Shown in pieces: positions 1 through 9,072 of a DNA stretch of 64,000 nucleotides. This DNA comes from Chloroflexota bacterium (GTDB lineage Bacteria > Chloroflexota > UBA11872 > VXOZ01). A model generated the notes under the pieces. It was not told the DNA's origin. It was given only the letters and a program-made list of their open reading frames with translations, and ran no database searches. Every line of letters begins with the position of its first letter. Position 1 is the stretch's first letter. Made by a program: the position numbers and the translations under genes. The stretch covers positions 1,792,001-1,856,000 of the forward strand of contig OZ244922.1 of the NCBI GenBank assembly GCA_965221905.1, in the 5' to 3' direction.

Positions 1-1210
1 CCAGGGCAATCGCCTCGTCAATGTCGTCATAGACCGTAACGGTAACTGCCGGGCCGAAGAGCTCGTCTTTGAAAATCTGCATATCGGAGCGTACACCGCT
101 AATCACAGCCGGTGAGACAAACTGGCCCTCACGCACGCCGCCACAGAGCACATTCGCGCCGTCTGCCACCGCTACTTTGAAGCAAGCTTCCACACGTTCG
201 GCGGCGCTCAGCGTTACCATGGGGCCGACATCAGTGCTATCTTCGTAGGAAGGCCCTACCTGCATCTTCTCAACGTGTGGCACCAGAGCCGCGAGGAATT
301 CCGCCTCGACGTCGCGATGCACCAAAATGCGTTGGGCGGAGGTGCATACCTGACCGGCGTTCATATACCCGCCCTGGGCCACCGCTTCGGCAGCTACGGC
401 CACGTCGGCGGTCTTGTCCACAATCACGGGTGAGTTGGCGCCCAATTCCAGGGTGGCGCGGCGGAGTCCGATGCTATTGCGCAGATGTCTGCCAACCTCC
501 GGTGAGCCGGTGAAGGAATACATGGCAAAGCGCTCGTCCTGAATGAGCCACTCGCCGACGGTTGCGCCGCCGCCGACTATCAGGTTCAAGTGACCCGGCG
601 GCAACCCGGCGTCGAGAAAGGCCTGACAGATCTTTGCCGCAGTGACCGGCGTGGCGCTGGCGGGCTTGAGTACCACGGTGTTGCCGGCAGCAATGGCGGG
701 CGCGATCTTGTGCGCCACGAGAATAGCGGGAAAGTTAAATGGCGAGATGCAGCAGATCACGCCGATGGGCTGGCGCAAGGTGAATGCCAAGCGCTTCTCA
801 GAGCCTACCGCGGCCTCTACCGGTATCTGTTCGCCGTGGATGCGCTTGGCTTCCTCCGCCGCAACCAGAATCGTGCTGGCTGCGCGCGCCACCTCAATTC
901 GCGCCTCTTTGATCGGCTTACCGCCTTCCATACTCATGTGGTAGGCGATGTCCTCGACGCGCTCTAAGAGAAGCTGTGAGACCTTTAGGAGGATTTCATA
1001 GCGTTGGTAGGCGGAAAGCTCTTGCTTGTCATAGGCGCGCTGCGCCGCCTCGATTGCCGCGTCAATGTCAGCTTGCGTTGCTTCCGGCAGCGTAGCGAAC
1101 ACCTGACCGTCGTTGGGGCTGCGCACTTCCAGCAGCTTGCCGTCGCGCCGTTCGAGCCACTCTCCGTCAATTAGCAGTCCAAAATGCTTCGGTTCTGTCG
1201 TTACCGCCAT
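1..1210 (-). CDS. NAD(P)-dependent aldehyde dehydrogenase family protein (3' end runs off the window)
   Basis: Manual translation from ATG at 1210 (MAVTTEPKHFGLLIDGEW...) gives ALDH motifs ISPFNFP, LKPAS, SFTGS, LELG and NAGQVC (catalytic Cys). Absent from the ORF track because it is truncated by the window edge. Confidence 0.92.
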   Translation of the reverse strand, partial: MAVTTEPKHFGLLIDGEWLERRDGKLLEVRSPNDGQVFATLPEATQADIDAAIEAAQRAYDKQELSAYQRYEILLKVSQLLLERVEDIAYHMSMEGGKPIKEARIEVARAASTILVAAEEAKRIHGEQIPVEAAVGSEKRLAFTLRQPIGVICCISPFNFPAILVAHKIAPAIAAGNTVVLKPASATPVTAAKICQAFLDAGLPPGHLNLIVGGGATVGEWLIQDERFAMYSFTGSPEVGRHLRNSIGLRRATLELGANSPVIVDKTADVAVAAEAVAQGGYMNAGQVCTSAQRILVHRDVEAEFLAALVPHVEKMQVGPSYEDSTDVGPMVTLSAAERVEACFKVAVADGANVLCGGVREGQFVSPAVISGVRSDMQIFKDELFGPAVTVTVYDDIDEAIAL

Positions 1211-1472
1211 TGTTTTCGATCTCCTTGCATAGCCTTGATTGCTTCATGCTTATTCCATATCACCATAGCATAGGCATTGGCATTCGTACACGCATGTCTA
1301 GCCCACAGGTCGGTGACCCCTATGACACGTGCGTCGAATACCCGCTGTCAGCGGGCAACAGTGCTATCATGGCCCTGAAGATCTGCTACTGAGCACCACG
1401 CCAACAGCAAAGCAAGTCAATCGTTTCTGTGATTTCCGCACAGCAAAAATTCACCAAGAGGGGAGTAGACAC

Positions 1473-2006
1473 ATGCCTCTATTGCCATACAAGGGCATCA
1501 TGCCGCGTGTGGGAAAGAACGTCTTTATTGCAGAGAATGCCTTCGTGATCGGCGACGTGGAAATCGGCGACTTTGTCAGTGTGTGGTATGGGGCGGTGCT
1601 GCGCGGCGACTTTGCGCCGATTGTGATTGGCACGCGCACCAGCATCCAGGAGAATTGCGTCGTGCACACCGATCGCGGGTTTCCATCCACGGTGGGTTCC
1701 CACGTCACGACCGGTCACACTGCCGTCATTCACGGGGCGAGCGTGGGCCACCACTGCATCGTGGGCATGGGCGCGCTGCTCCTCAACGGCGCAACAGTGG
1801 GACCGGAGAGCATTGTTGGCGCGGGCGCGGTGCTGGCGGAGGGGAAGGAGTTCGCGCCGCGGTCGCTGATTCTGGGCGTGCCGGGCAAGGTGCTGCGCGA
1901 GGTTTCGGAGCAGGAGATTGAGCGCATCTATAGCAACGCGGAGACCTACCTGGGCTACGCCCGGGAGTACCTGATAGCGCGAGGGGCGTATGAGGAAGAC
2001 GAGTAG
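1473..2006 (+). CDS. gamma-carbonic anhydrase family (YrdA/CaiE-like hexapeptide-repeat) protein
   Basis: IGDVEIG, WYGAVLRGD, IQENCVVH, GHTAVIHG hexapeptide repeats; GAGGGGAG RBS before ATG 1473. Confidence 0.9.
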   Translation: MPLLPYKGIMPRVGKNVFIAENAFVIGDVEIGDFVSVWYGAVLRGDFAPIVIGTRTSIQENCVVHTDRGFPSTVGSHVTTGHTAVIHGASVGHHCIVGMGALLLNGATVGPESIVGAGAVLAEGKEFAPRSLILGVPGKVLREVSEQEIERIYSNAETYLGYAREYLIARGAYEEDE

Positions 2007-2157
2007 CGAGAAAGAACTCCTACTGAGGTCTCCTCAATGCTACCTGGATGGGGCATAAAGCTATCGGGCAAACTGAACGCGCTGTCTGCCGTCACGTTGC
2101 GGCGACATCTTGGCGTTTGACGACTGATGGGTGCTTACCGAACAGATACTGCGGAGT

Positions 2158-2970
2158 TTATTCCGATTCACCCGCATGGATGATTTCACCGCAGTGGGGG
2201 CAGACTTCCGGTTCGCTACGACGTTTTCCCATCTCCCTGGCAAAGCCGGATGCCAAGATACCGGCCGGCAAAGCGAACATGCCGATGCCCATGATGGCGA
2301 CGATTGCCCCAAGAAGGCGACCCAGCGGCGTAACCGGGTAGACATCGCCATAGCCCACCGTGGTCAGTGTCGCTACGCCCCACCACATGGCCGCCGGAAT
2401 GCTTGAAAACGCGTCTGGCTGCGCTTCGTGCTCCACAATATAGAGAAAGCTTGAGCCGAGCACCAGGAGCACGCCGGCAACGAAGAGCGCTATCATCAGC
2501 TCGGTACGTTCGCCGCGTAGCACTTTGCCGAAAATCCGCATCGACTCGGAATAGCGGGTGAGTTTTAAGAAACGCAGCAGGCGGAAGAAGCGCAAGGCAC
2601 GGAGGACTCGGAGGTCTACCGGCAAGAACATAGGCAGGTAGAAGGGCAGAATAGCCAGCAAGTCTACGACCGCGTGCCACGATCCGGCAAAGCGGAGCCG
2701 GCCAGAGATTGGATGGGAGTAGCGTGGGTCCGCCGTGCACGTCCAGAGGCGCAGCACGTACTCCATCGTAAACACGGCCACGGAGAAGACCTCAAAGAAG
2801 AGAAAGATGGGAGCAAATTGCGTCGCCAGATCTTCCACGGTCTCCACGATTACTGCGACGACGTTCAGGGCAATCAAAACGAAGAGAAACAGGTCGGTGA
2901 ACCGGCTGGCAGAATCGTCCGGGTGCGAGACCTCCAGGAGTTCGTAGATTCTGTTCTGGATGCGTTTCAT
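2158..2970 (-). CDS. voltage-gated potassium channel (ion transporter family) with C-terminal CxxC
   Basis: TVGYGD selectivity filter, S4-like LRVLRALRFFRLLRFLK, about six hydrophobic segments, terminal CPHCGE. Confidence 0.92.
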   Translation of the reverse strand: MKRIQNRIYELLEVSHPDDSASRFTDLFLFVLIALNVVAVIVETVEDLATQFAPIFLFFEVFSVAVFTMEYVLRLWTCTADPRYSHPISGRLRFAGSWHAVVDLLAILPFYLPMFLPVDLRVLRALRFFRLLRFLKLTRYSESMRIFGKVLRGERTELMIALFVAGVLLVLGSSFLYIVEHEAQPDAFSSIPAAMWWGVATLTTVGYGDVYPVTPLGRLLGAIVAIMGIGMFALPAGILASGFAREMGKRRSEPEVCPHCGEIIHAGESE

Positions 2971-3042
2971 GCGGAATTGTCTTCCTAAAAGAATTGCGTA
3001 CTAAATCCCTTGGGATTCCCGTCGCGGCTCTCTCACTTTGCT

Positions 3043-3513
3043 CTAAGTGCCGCAGAGGTCGCTGCGGCTTAGAAGTCTCCTATGCGTGCTAGTTACGTGT
3101 TTGTTAACCTTGGTCGAGTATACTTTTCCCCTGACACCACCAATGATTTCCCGGTTTCCAAAATCACTCTGGAGATTTCCATCATCGGCAAAAAGCAGTC
3201 GTGCGCCGCTCACTCTTGCCAGTGCAAGCACATGTTGATCGTTTGACTTGCAGATTTTGAGATCTTCCAGCTCTTTGGTCGCATTATCCACTTCTTTGTC
3301 GGGGATGCTCTTCGCTCGGCCTGCCAATTGTGCAGCCTGAAACCAGGATATGAAATTCTCGGAGCCGCTTAGTTCCTGGAGGAGCTTACCACCGATTACT
3401 AGCTTGGGTTGGCCCTTGCCGCTATTCAACCAGTCGAAGAAGAACTGCGCCGCTTCGGATTTCTTCTCCCCAAAGACCTGGTCCCTTACACTTGCGTCGA
3501 CGATTGCGCACAT
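3043..3513 (-). CDS. PIN-domain-like putative ribonuclease
   Basis: Acidic pattern typical of PIN folds: AIVDAS (N-terminal strand D), LLQEL, SNDQHVLALA, LLFADDGNL. ATG directly follows the upstream stop codon. Confidence 0.65.
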   Translation of the reverse strand: MCAIVDASVRDQVFGEKKSEAAQFFFDWLNSGKGQPKLVIGGKLLQELSGSENFISWFQAAQLAGRAKSIPDKEVDNATKELEDLKICKSNDQHVLALARVSGARLLFADDGNLQSDFGNREIIGGVRGKVYSTKVNKHVTSTHRRLLSRSDLCGT

Positions 3514-4809
3514 TTACAGTCCAATAGAGCGTCGCGTTTCAGCCATGAAAAAGTCTCGGTAACCATCCGGAGCATCCAGGACGTTACCTTCCTCGTCCAA
3601 TCGGAGTGAATGGATGGTGACGTCAAGCTCGCCGGGCTCAAAATACAAGATCGAAACGTCCTCCGGCTTCAGATCGGTCTTCTTGTCACGGATGTCCATG
3701 CGCACGCGATCGAGAATGTAATCACTGTGGGTTTCCACAATGAGCTGCCGGCCCTGGGCGGCAATGCTGCAGAATAAGCTTCCGAGGGCGGCTTGTGCGC
3801 TGGGATGCAGGTGCACCTCCGGTTGCTGGATCAGAAACATGCGAGGCGCGTCCCTACGCAGCAACTCTGTAAGGAGCGGGAGCGCTTGGCTGACACCGTA
3901 GCCAACGTCTATTAGATTTCGTTTGACGCCTTTCAACCGGCGGCCAAACTTGCGAATTTGCACTTGAAATGGAGATCCTTCCGTCTTGCCAAGCAACTTG
4001 ATATCAATCTCATCAAAGAGCCCTGACTCTCGCCCGAATGCTTCGAGAGCCTCTCGGAGACTAGCCCATTCCTTTATCTTTCGACCAGAAATGCTTGCAA
4101 GGTAAGTAGGCACGTATTCTCCTTCAGGATCGCGCGAGGGGCGCGTTAGATCGTAAGTCCGGCGTGGGCGCGAACGTATAGGCGCACTAGCAACTGGGCG
4201 CTGTCCCTCGAACACTGACCACAGAGATTCATAGAGAATTTCGGCCATCTCCACTAATTCATTGCCAATATCCCGACGTCCCCAAGCTGAAACAAAGTGC
4301 TTAAGGGGAAACAGGAACATCTCATCCTGCAAGAATATCCGATGTTCTACAGCTTCCTCTCTACTAGAGTCCGGTGTAGCCAGACGGACCAGGTAACTCC
4401 CATCCTCCTGTCTGGCTTCCCGGAACTTTACATTGTCCCCGGTGATGGATCGCATCATCGGATATGGGATAGCATTACGCTCAACGAATGTGACGTTAAA
4501 AGAGATGTCTTGCTTGCTCTGGGTAGGAATTCGTTCTTCACAATATTCGAAGCCTGCAACAAAACTAGCTGCTTGACTACCTCTGCCACCACGATTGTGA
4601 GCGATGTCTTGAAACGTACCGAGGTCGAAGGGATCCTCTCGAAAGTCCGGTACTCTGTCCAAGAAGGCGGTGTCCCACAGCGCACGTATAAGCGCCAAGA
4701 AGGAAGTCTTCCCCGTACTATTGTTGCCCACGAGGAGAGTAAGTGGGGCCAAGCGCGCTGTCTGCTTTTCTCGGAAGCAGCGGTAGTTTTCAAGCGTGAT
4801 GCGGTCCAT
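3514..4809 (-). CDS. ABC-type (AAA_15/AAA_21-like) ATPase with DUF3696-like C-terminus
   Basis: ITLENYRCF start, Walker A GNNSTGKT, signature DVGYGVSQALP, Walker B variant FLIQQPEVHLHP, H-loop VETHS, C-terminal LDEEGNVLDAPDGYRDFF; no TM segments. Confidence 0.85.
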   Translation of the reverse strand: MDRITLENYRCFREKQTARLAPLTLLVGNNSTGKTSFLALIRALWDTAFLDRVPDFREDPFDLGTFQDIAHNRGGRGSQAASFVAGFEYCEERIPTQSKQDISFNVTFVERNAIPYPMMRSITGDNVKFREARQEDGSYLVRLATPDSSREEAVEHRIFLQDEMFLFPLKHFVSAWGRRDIGNELVEMAEILYESLWSVFEGQRPVASAPIRSRPRRTYDLTRPSRDPEGEYVPTYLASISGRKIKEWASLREALEAFGRESGLFDEIDIKLLGKTEGSPFQVQIRKFGRRLKGVKRNLIDVGYGVSQALPLLTELLRRDAPRMFLIQQPEVHLHPSAQAALGSLFCSIAAQGRQLIVETHSDYILDRVRMDIRDKKTDLKPEDVSILYFEPGELDVTIHSLRLDEEGNVLDAPDGYRDFFMAETRRSIGL

Positions 4810-4844
4810 GGTTGGATTCTAACAATCGTTTGACTGTCTAACAA
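4810..4844 (-). promoter_or_regulatory. candidate sigma70 promoter for a leaderless ATPase mRNA, with an 8-bp direct repeat
   Basis: Minus strand TTGTTA-N17-TAGAAT (TGn-extended -10), then 6 nt to ATG with no SD; TTGTTAGA occurs twice (4818-4825, 4837-4844). Confidence 0.45.
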
Positions 4845-4940
4845 GGTATTAATGACAGGTTCCCACCTTGACGTTCACAGGTCGCTGTGCAACGATAGTA
4901 GGCGTCTCCCCGTGTTGTTCGCAATCTCCCTCCCCCGGCT

Positions 4941-5369
4941 ATGTCTTTTCAAGAGCCGCCCACCGAGCCGCCGCTGAAGCTTTTCACGCTGCAAGAAGCC
5001 AATGCACTCTTGCCGCGTATGAGTGAATCCGTCGCACGTCTCCAAGAAATCCTCGTTCAGTTTAGGCAATACAGCGAGGGACAAGCGTATCCCGCCTCCT
5101 TGCAGCGCAGCAACGGTCATCCCACAACTGAGCCCGCGTCTTCCTTGCCTTCTCTCCGCATCGTACAGTCTCTGCGCGATGAGGCCGAGTCGCTGATCAA
5201 AGAAATTGTTGAACTGGGCGTTGCGCTGAAGGATATCGAGCAAGGTCTGGTTGACTTCCCTGCCGAACGCGATGGACGGATCGTCTATCTTTGCTGGAAG
5301 CAAGGCGAGGACGAGATTCGCTTCTGGCATGAGTTGGATACCGGCTTCGCGGGCAGGAAACCCCTCTAG
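4941..5369 (+). CDS. DUF2203 family protein
   Basis: FTLQEANALLP ... KDIEQGLVDFP ... YLCWKQGE ... FWHELDTGFAGRKPL pattern. Confidence 0.85.
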   Translation: MSFQEPPTEPPLKLFTLQEANALLPRMSESVARLQEILVQFRQYSEGQAYPASLQRSNGHPTTEPASSLPSLRIVQSLRDEAESLIKEIVELGVALKDIEQGLVDFPAERDGRIVYLCWKQGEDEIRFWHELDTGFAGRKPL

Positions 5370-5393
5370 GAAAAGATGGCATAAACTCCCCAT

Positions 5394-7184
5394 ATGGAGA
5401 TTCTCCGTCGACTCATCGCCGCATCGTTCAAGCACCGTCGTTTTGCCCTCCTAGCGTATGGCTCGTGGCTCATCAGTACGGCCCTGAGTTTGGTCGCGCC
5501 CGCACTCTTCAAGGAAGTGATTGACAATGGCTTGGTGAAGGGTGACTTGAGGTTCATTGGCGCGATGGGTGGCGTGATTTTCGCTGTGGCGATATTCGCG
5601 GCCCTCTTTCTTTTTGGCAAGGCATTCTTCACCGCTGTCACATCGCAGAAGACCGGGTACGATCTGCGCTCGCAGCTCTACGACCATTTGCAGCACCTCT
5701 CATTTGGCTTCCATGACAGAATCCAAGCGGGTGAGATGATCTCCGTCGCCTTGAGCGATGTTGAGCTTGTGCAGGGGTTCGGTGTCCAAGCTATCATCAA
5801 CATCCTGGATACCTTCCTCCGCTATGCCATGGTGCTCGCCATCATGTTCTGGCTCAGTGGAGAACTCGCCTTATGGTCGCTGCCGCTTCTCCCCATCCTG
5901 GGCGTGATCGCTTGGATATACCACAAGAAGGTGCGACCGGAGTATTCTTGGATTCGCCAACAGCGCGAACGGGTCGTCATCGCGTTGGAAGAAGCCATCA
6001 ACGGCGCGCGCGTCGTGAAGGCTTTTGTGCGGGAATCCCATGAGAAGGAGAAATTCGAACGAGAGGGACGCGAGCTTATCCGGCTCATGATGCGGGCAGT
6101 CAACCTCAATGCGACGTTCGGTCCCCTGATGAATATGGTAGCGGTTTCCGGAGTCGTCATCGTCCTGTGGCTGGGAGGACGGTTCGTAATCGGTGGTGAG
6201 TTGTCAATTGGCGCGCTCGTCGCATTCGTCACCTACTATCAGATGCTTGTACAGCCTACCCAGCAACTCCCCGGCATCATGGACAGTATCGCCACCAGCA
6301 TTACGAGCGGCGAACGACTGTTCGGCGTGCTTGATACACGCTCTCCGGTGCGGGACTTGACCGGCGCACATAAACTTCCGCGCATCAAGGGACAAATAGC
6401 GCTGGAAAACGTCAATTTTGGGTACGAGCGCGGCCACGCCGTTCTAACCGAGATCAATGTCGATGCCGCGCCGGGCAAGATGATTGCCATCGTAGGTCCC
6501 ACCGGCAGCGGCAAGAGTACGCTGCTCTTTCTCATTGGGCGGTTCTATGACGTGCAGGAAGGGTCAGTCAAAGTAGACGGCCATGACGTGCGCGACGTTA
6601 CGCAGGAATCGCTAAAGGAACAGATCGGAATCGCTCTCCAAGAACCCCTGCTCTTTGCCGACACCATGGCGAATAACATTGCGTACGGCAGGCCCGATGC
6701 CACCATGGAGGAAATCATGGCGGCCGCCAAGGCCGCGCAAGCCCATGAATTCATCATGGAGTTCCCGGACGGCTACCAACACCGCATTGGTGAGCGCGGC
6801 GCCGGCCTCTCCGGCGGCCAACGGCAGCGCACCGCGCTTGCGAGAACGCTCCTACTGAAGCGACCCATTCTGATGTTGGATGATGCGACCGCCAGCGTGG
6901 ATATGGAGACAGAATACCGGATCTACCAGGCGCTCAGGACGTACATGCAGGAGTGTACGACATTGGTGGTGGCCCAACGCGTTTCAACCATTAAGGACGC
7001 CGATCTCATCCTGGTCATAGAAGAAGGCCGCATCGTGGACCGCGGCACCCATGAGGAACTGCTTGCACGAGAGGGATTCTACGCGCGCATCTGCGACATT
7101 CAACTCAGAGATCAGGAACGCATGGCTGCGTTAGCGCGTGAGGCCGGTTGGAGTGAGAGCGATCACGGAGCCGCCCATGACTAA
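5394..7184 (+). CDS. ABC exporter, fused permease/ATP-binding subunit (heterodimer partner 1)
   Basis: N-terminal TMD, GPTGSGKS, LSGGQRQR, degenerate Walker B LMLDD and AQR switch. Confidence 0.93.
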   Translation: MEILRRLIAASFKHRRFALLAYGSWLISTALSLVAPALFKEVIDNGLVKGDLRFIGAMGGVIFAVAIFAALFLFGKAFFTAVTSQKTGYDLRSQLYDHLQHLSFGFHDRIQAGEMISVALSDVELVQGFGVQAIINILDTFLRYAMVLAIMFWLSGELALWSLPLLPILGVIAWIYHKKVRPEYSWIRQQRERVVIALEEAINGARVVKAFVRESHEKEKFEREGRELIRLMMRAVNLNATFGPLMNMVAVSGVVIVLWLGGRFVIGGELSIGALVAFVTYYQMLVQPTQQLPGIMDSIATSITSGERLFGVLDTRSPVRDLTGAHKLPRIKGQIALENVNFGYERGHAVLTEINVDAAPGKMIAIVGPTGSGKSTLLFLIGRFYDVQEGSVKVDGHDVRDVTQESLKEQIGIALQEPLLFADTMANNIAYGRPDATMEEIMAAAKAAQAHEFIMEFPDGYQHRIGERGAGLSGGQRQRTALARTLLLKRPILMLDDATASVDMETEYRIYQALRTYMQECTTLVVAQRVSTIKDADLILVIEEGRIVDRGTHEELLAREGFYARICDIQLRDQERMAALAREAGWSESDHGAAHD

Positions 7185-9018
7185 TCGGGAGAAACAGTCG
7201 TCCGGCGCCACTAGCGACGACCGTAGCAACTCCCGCAAGCCACCCGTAGAGTCGCAGGTTGATGAGGATAAGATCTCGGGCGAGCTTGACCTGAAGATCC
7301 TTGCGCGTTTGTTCGGCTACACGTCAGGATATCGTCTGCAAATCACCGGTGCCATTGCGGTGACGCTCGTCAATACGGCTGCAAGCCTTCTCCGCCCCTA
7401 TTTGCTCAAGCTGGCTATCGACGGCCCTCTTACCACCGGCGATCTGCGCAGTTTGGACATTATCGTCGTACTCTACCTGACCGCCGGACTAGTGCTCTTT
7501 GGCGCTATGGGAGCGCGACAGTGGATCATAAGATGGCTGGGTCAACAGTTGCTCTTCTCGCTGCGCCAGAGCCTCTTTCAGCATCTCCAGCGCCTCTCGC
7601 TGGGGTTCTACGACCGTAACCGCGCCGGACGCATCATCACACGCGTGACCAGCGACGTGCGGGACATAAACACACTTATCACAGAGGGCATTGTAACTAC
7701 CTCAAGTGACCTCTTCGTGCTGGTGGGCATTCTCTTTGTAATGCTCTACATGCACTGGCAGTTGGCGCTGCTCACGTTCGTTGTCCTCCCCGGGCTCATC
7801 GCCGTGGCCTTCTTCTTCAAGGGCAAGTCCCGCCGCTCCTGGCGCGTAGCGCGCGAAGACCGCAGCGTGATGAATGGTAATTTTGCTGAGAGCATCCTGG
7901 GTGTGCGAGTGACGCAAGCCTACTCGCGTCAGGCGGAGAATCTGCGGCGATTCGTGGGCCTGAGCGACAGCTACGTGGGGACGACGCTAAAGGCACACGG
8001 GCTGACGGCAGCGTTTTCGCCTACCGTTAGCATCATTAATGCGGCTGCAATTGTGGTCATCATCTGGTTCGGAGGCGTGGCTGTTGTCCAAGGGACCATT
8101 ACCCTTGGCATTGTGGTTGCCTTCCTCACCTATGTGCAGCGTTTCTTCCAACCGTTGCAGAGTATCTCGGCCCGCTTCAACCAAATGCAGTCTGCAATGG
8201 CAGCCAGTGAGCGGGTGTTTGCCTTGCTCGATCAAGAGCCCGACATTCTCGAATCGCCTGCTGCCAAGCTGTTACCTCGGGTGCGAGGGCGCGTCATATT
8301 TGACAATGTCGAATTTGGTTACATTGCGGACACACCGGTGCTGCACGGCATTTCTCTGGAAGCGCAACCGGGAGAGCTCATCGCTATAGTGGGACACACC
8401 GGCGCGGGCAAGACCTCCATCATCAATGTTCTCTGTCGCTTCTACGACATTCAATCAGGCAAGGTGACGATTGACGGCCATGATATTGGCGGCGTCACGC
8501 TAGACAGCCTGCGCGGCCAGGTTGGGCTCGTGCTGCAGGAGCCGTTCTTATTCTCCGGCACGGTCAAGGACAATATCCGCTACGGCAGGCTTGATGCGAC
8601 GGATGAGGAAATCGTGGAGGTGGCCAAGGCGGTGCGTCTCCACGACTTCATCGAATCGCAGCCTTTCCGCTACGATACGCTGGTGGGCGAACGCGGCACG
8701 CAGCTTTCGATCGGCCAGCGGCAATTGCTTTCATTCGCGCGGGCACTCATCGCCGACCCGCGCATTCTCGTGCTCGATGAGGCTACATCCAGTGTAGATA
8801 CCGAAACGGAACAGCAGATTCAAGAGGCATTGAAAATGCTCATGCAAGGTCGGACGAGTTTTGTGATCGCCCACCGTCTGTCCACCATTCAGAATGCTAA
8901 CCAGGTGATTGTGATGGACAGAGGCAAGATTGTGGAGCAAGGCACCCACAAGGAGTTGCTGCAACGGAGAGGCAGCTACTTCAAGCTTTACACGATGCAG
9001 TTCGCCGACCAGGAATAG
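7177..9018 (+). CDS. ABC exporter, fused permease/ATP-binding subunit (heterodimer partner 2)
   Basis: GHTGAGKT, LSIGQRQ, LVLDEATS, AHRLST; overlaps the end of the previous gene. Confidence 0.93.
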   Translation: MTNREKQSSGATSDDRSNSRKPPVESQVDEDKISGELDLKILARLFGYTSGYRLQITGAIAVTLVNTAASLLRPYLLKLAIDGPLTTGDLRSLDIIVVLYLTAGLVLFGAMGARQWIIRWLGQQLLFSLRQSLFQHLQRLSLGFYDRNRAGRIITRVTSDVRDINTLITEGIVTTSSDLFVLVGILFVMLYMHWQLALLTFVVLPGLIAVAFFFKGKSRRSWRVAREDRSVMNGNFAESILGVRVTQAYSRQAENLRRFVGLSDSYVGTTLKAHGLTAAFSPTVSIINAAAIVVIIWFGGVAVVQGTITLGIVVAFLTYVQRFFQPLQSISARFNQMQSAMAASERVFALLDQEPDILESPAAKLLPRVRGRVIFDNVEFGYIADTPVLHGISLEAQPGELIAIVGHTGAGKTSIINVLCRFYDIQSGKVTIDGHDIGGVTLDSLRGQVGLVLQEPFLFSGTVKDNIRYGRLDATDEEIVEVAKAVRLHDFIESQPFRYDTLVGERGTQLSIGQRQLLSFARALIADPRILVLDEATSSVDTETEQQIQEALKMLMQGRTSFVIAHRLSTIQNANQVIVMDRGKIVEQGTHKELLQRRGSYFKLYTMQFADQE

Positions 9019-9072
9019 GTTGTTCCACGCAAGCACCTAGTTACGCCGGTAGTGCGACGTGCGGGTTCAGTG

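Noticed and set aside
590-967. Plus-strand ORFs in the first kilobase
   Set aside because: They lie opposite the aldehyde dehydrogenase gene, which is missing from the ORF track
2007-4940. Defined mobile element around the ATPase-PIN pair
   Set aside because: No integrase, transposase, tRNA target, terminal repeats or target-site duplication visible; only composition suggests acquisition
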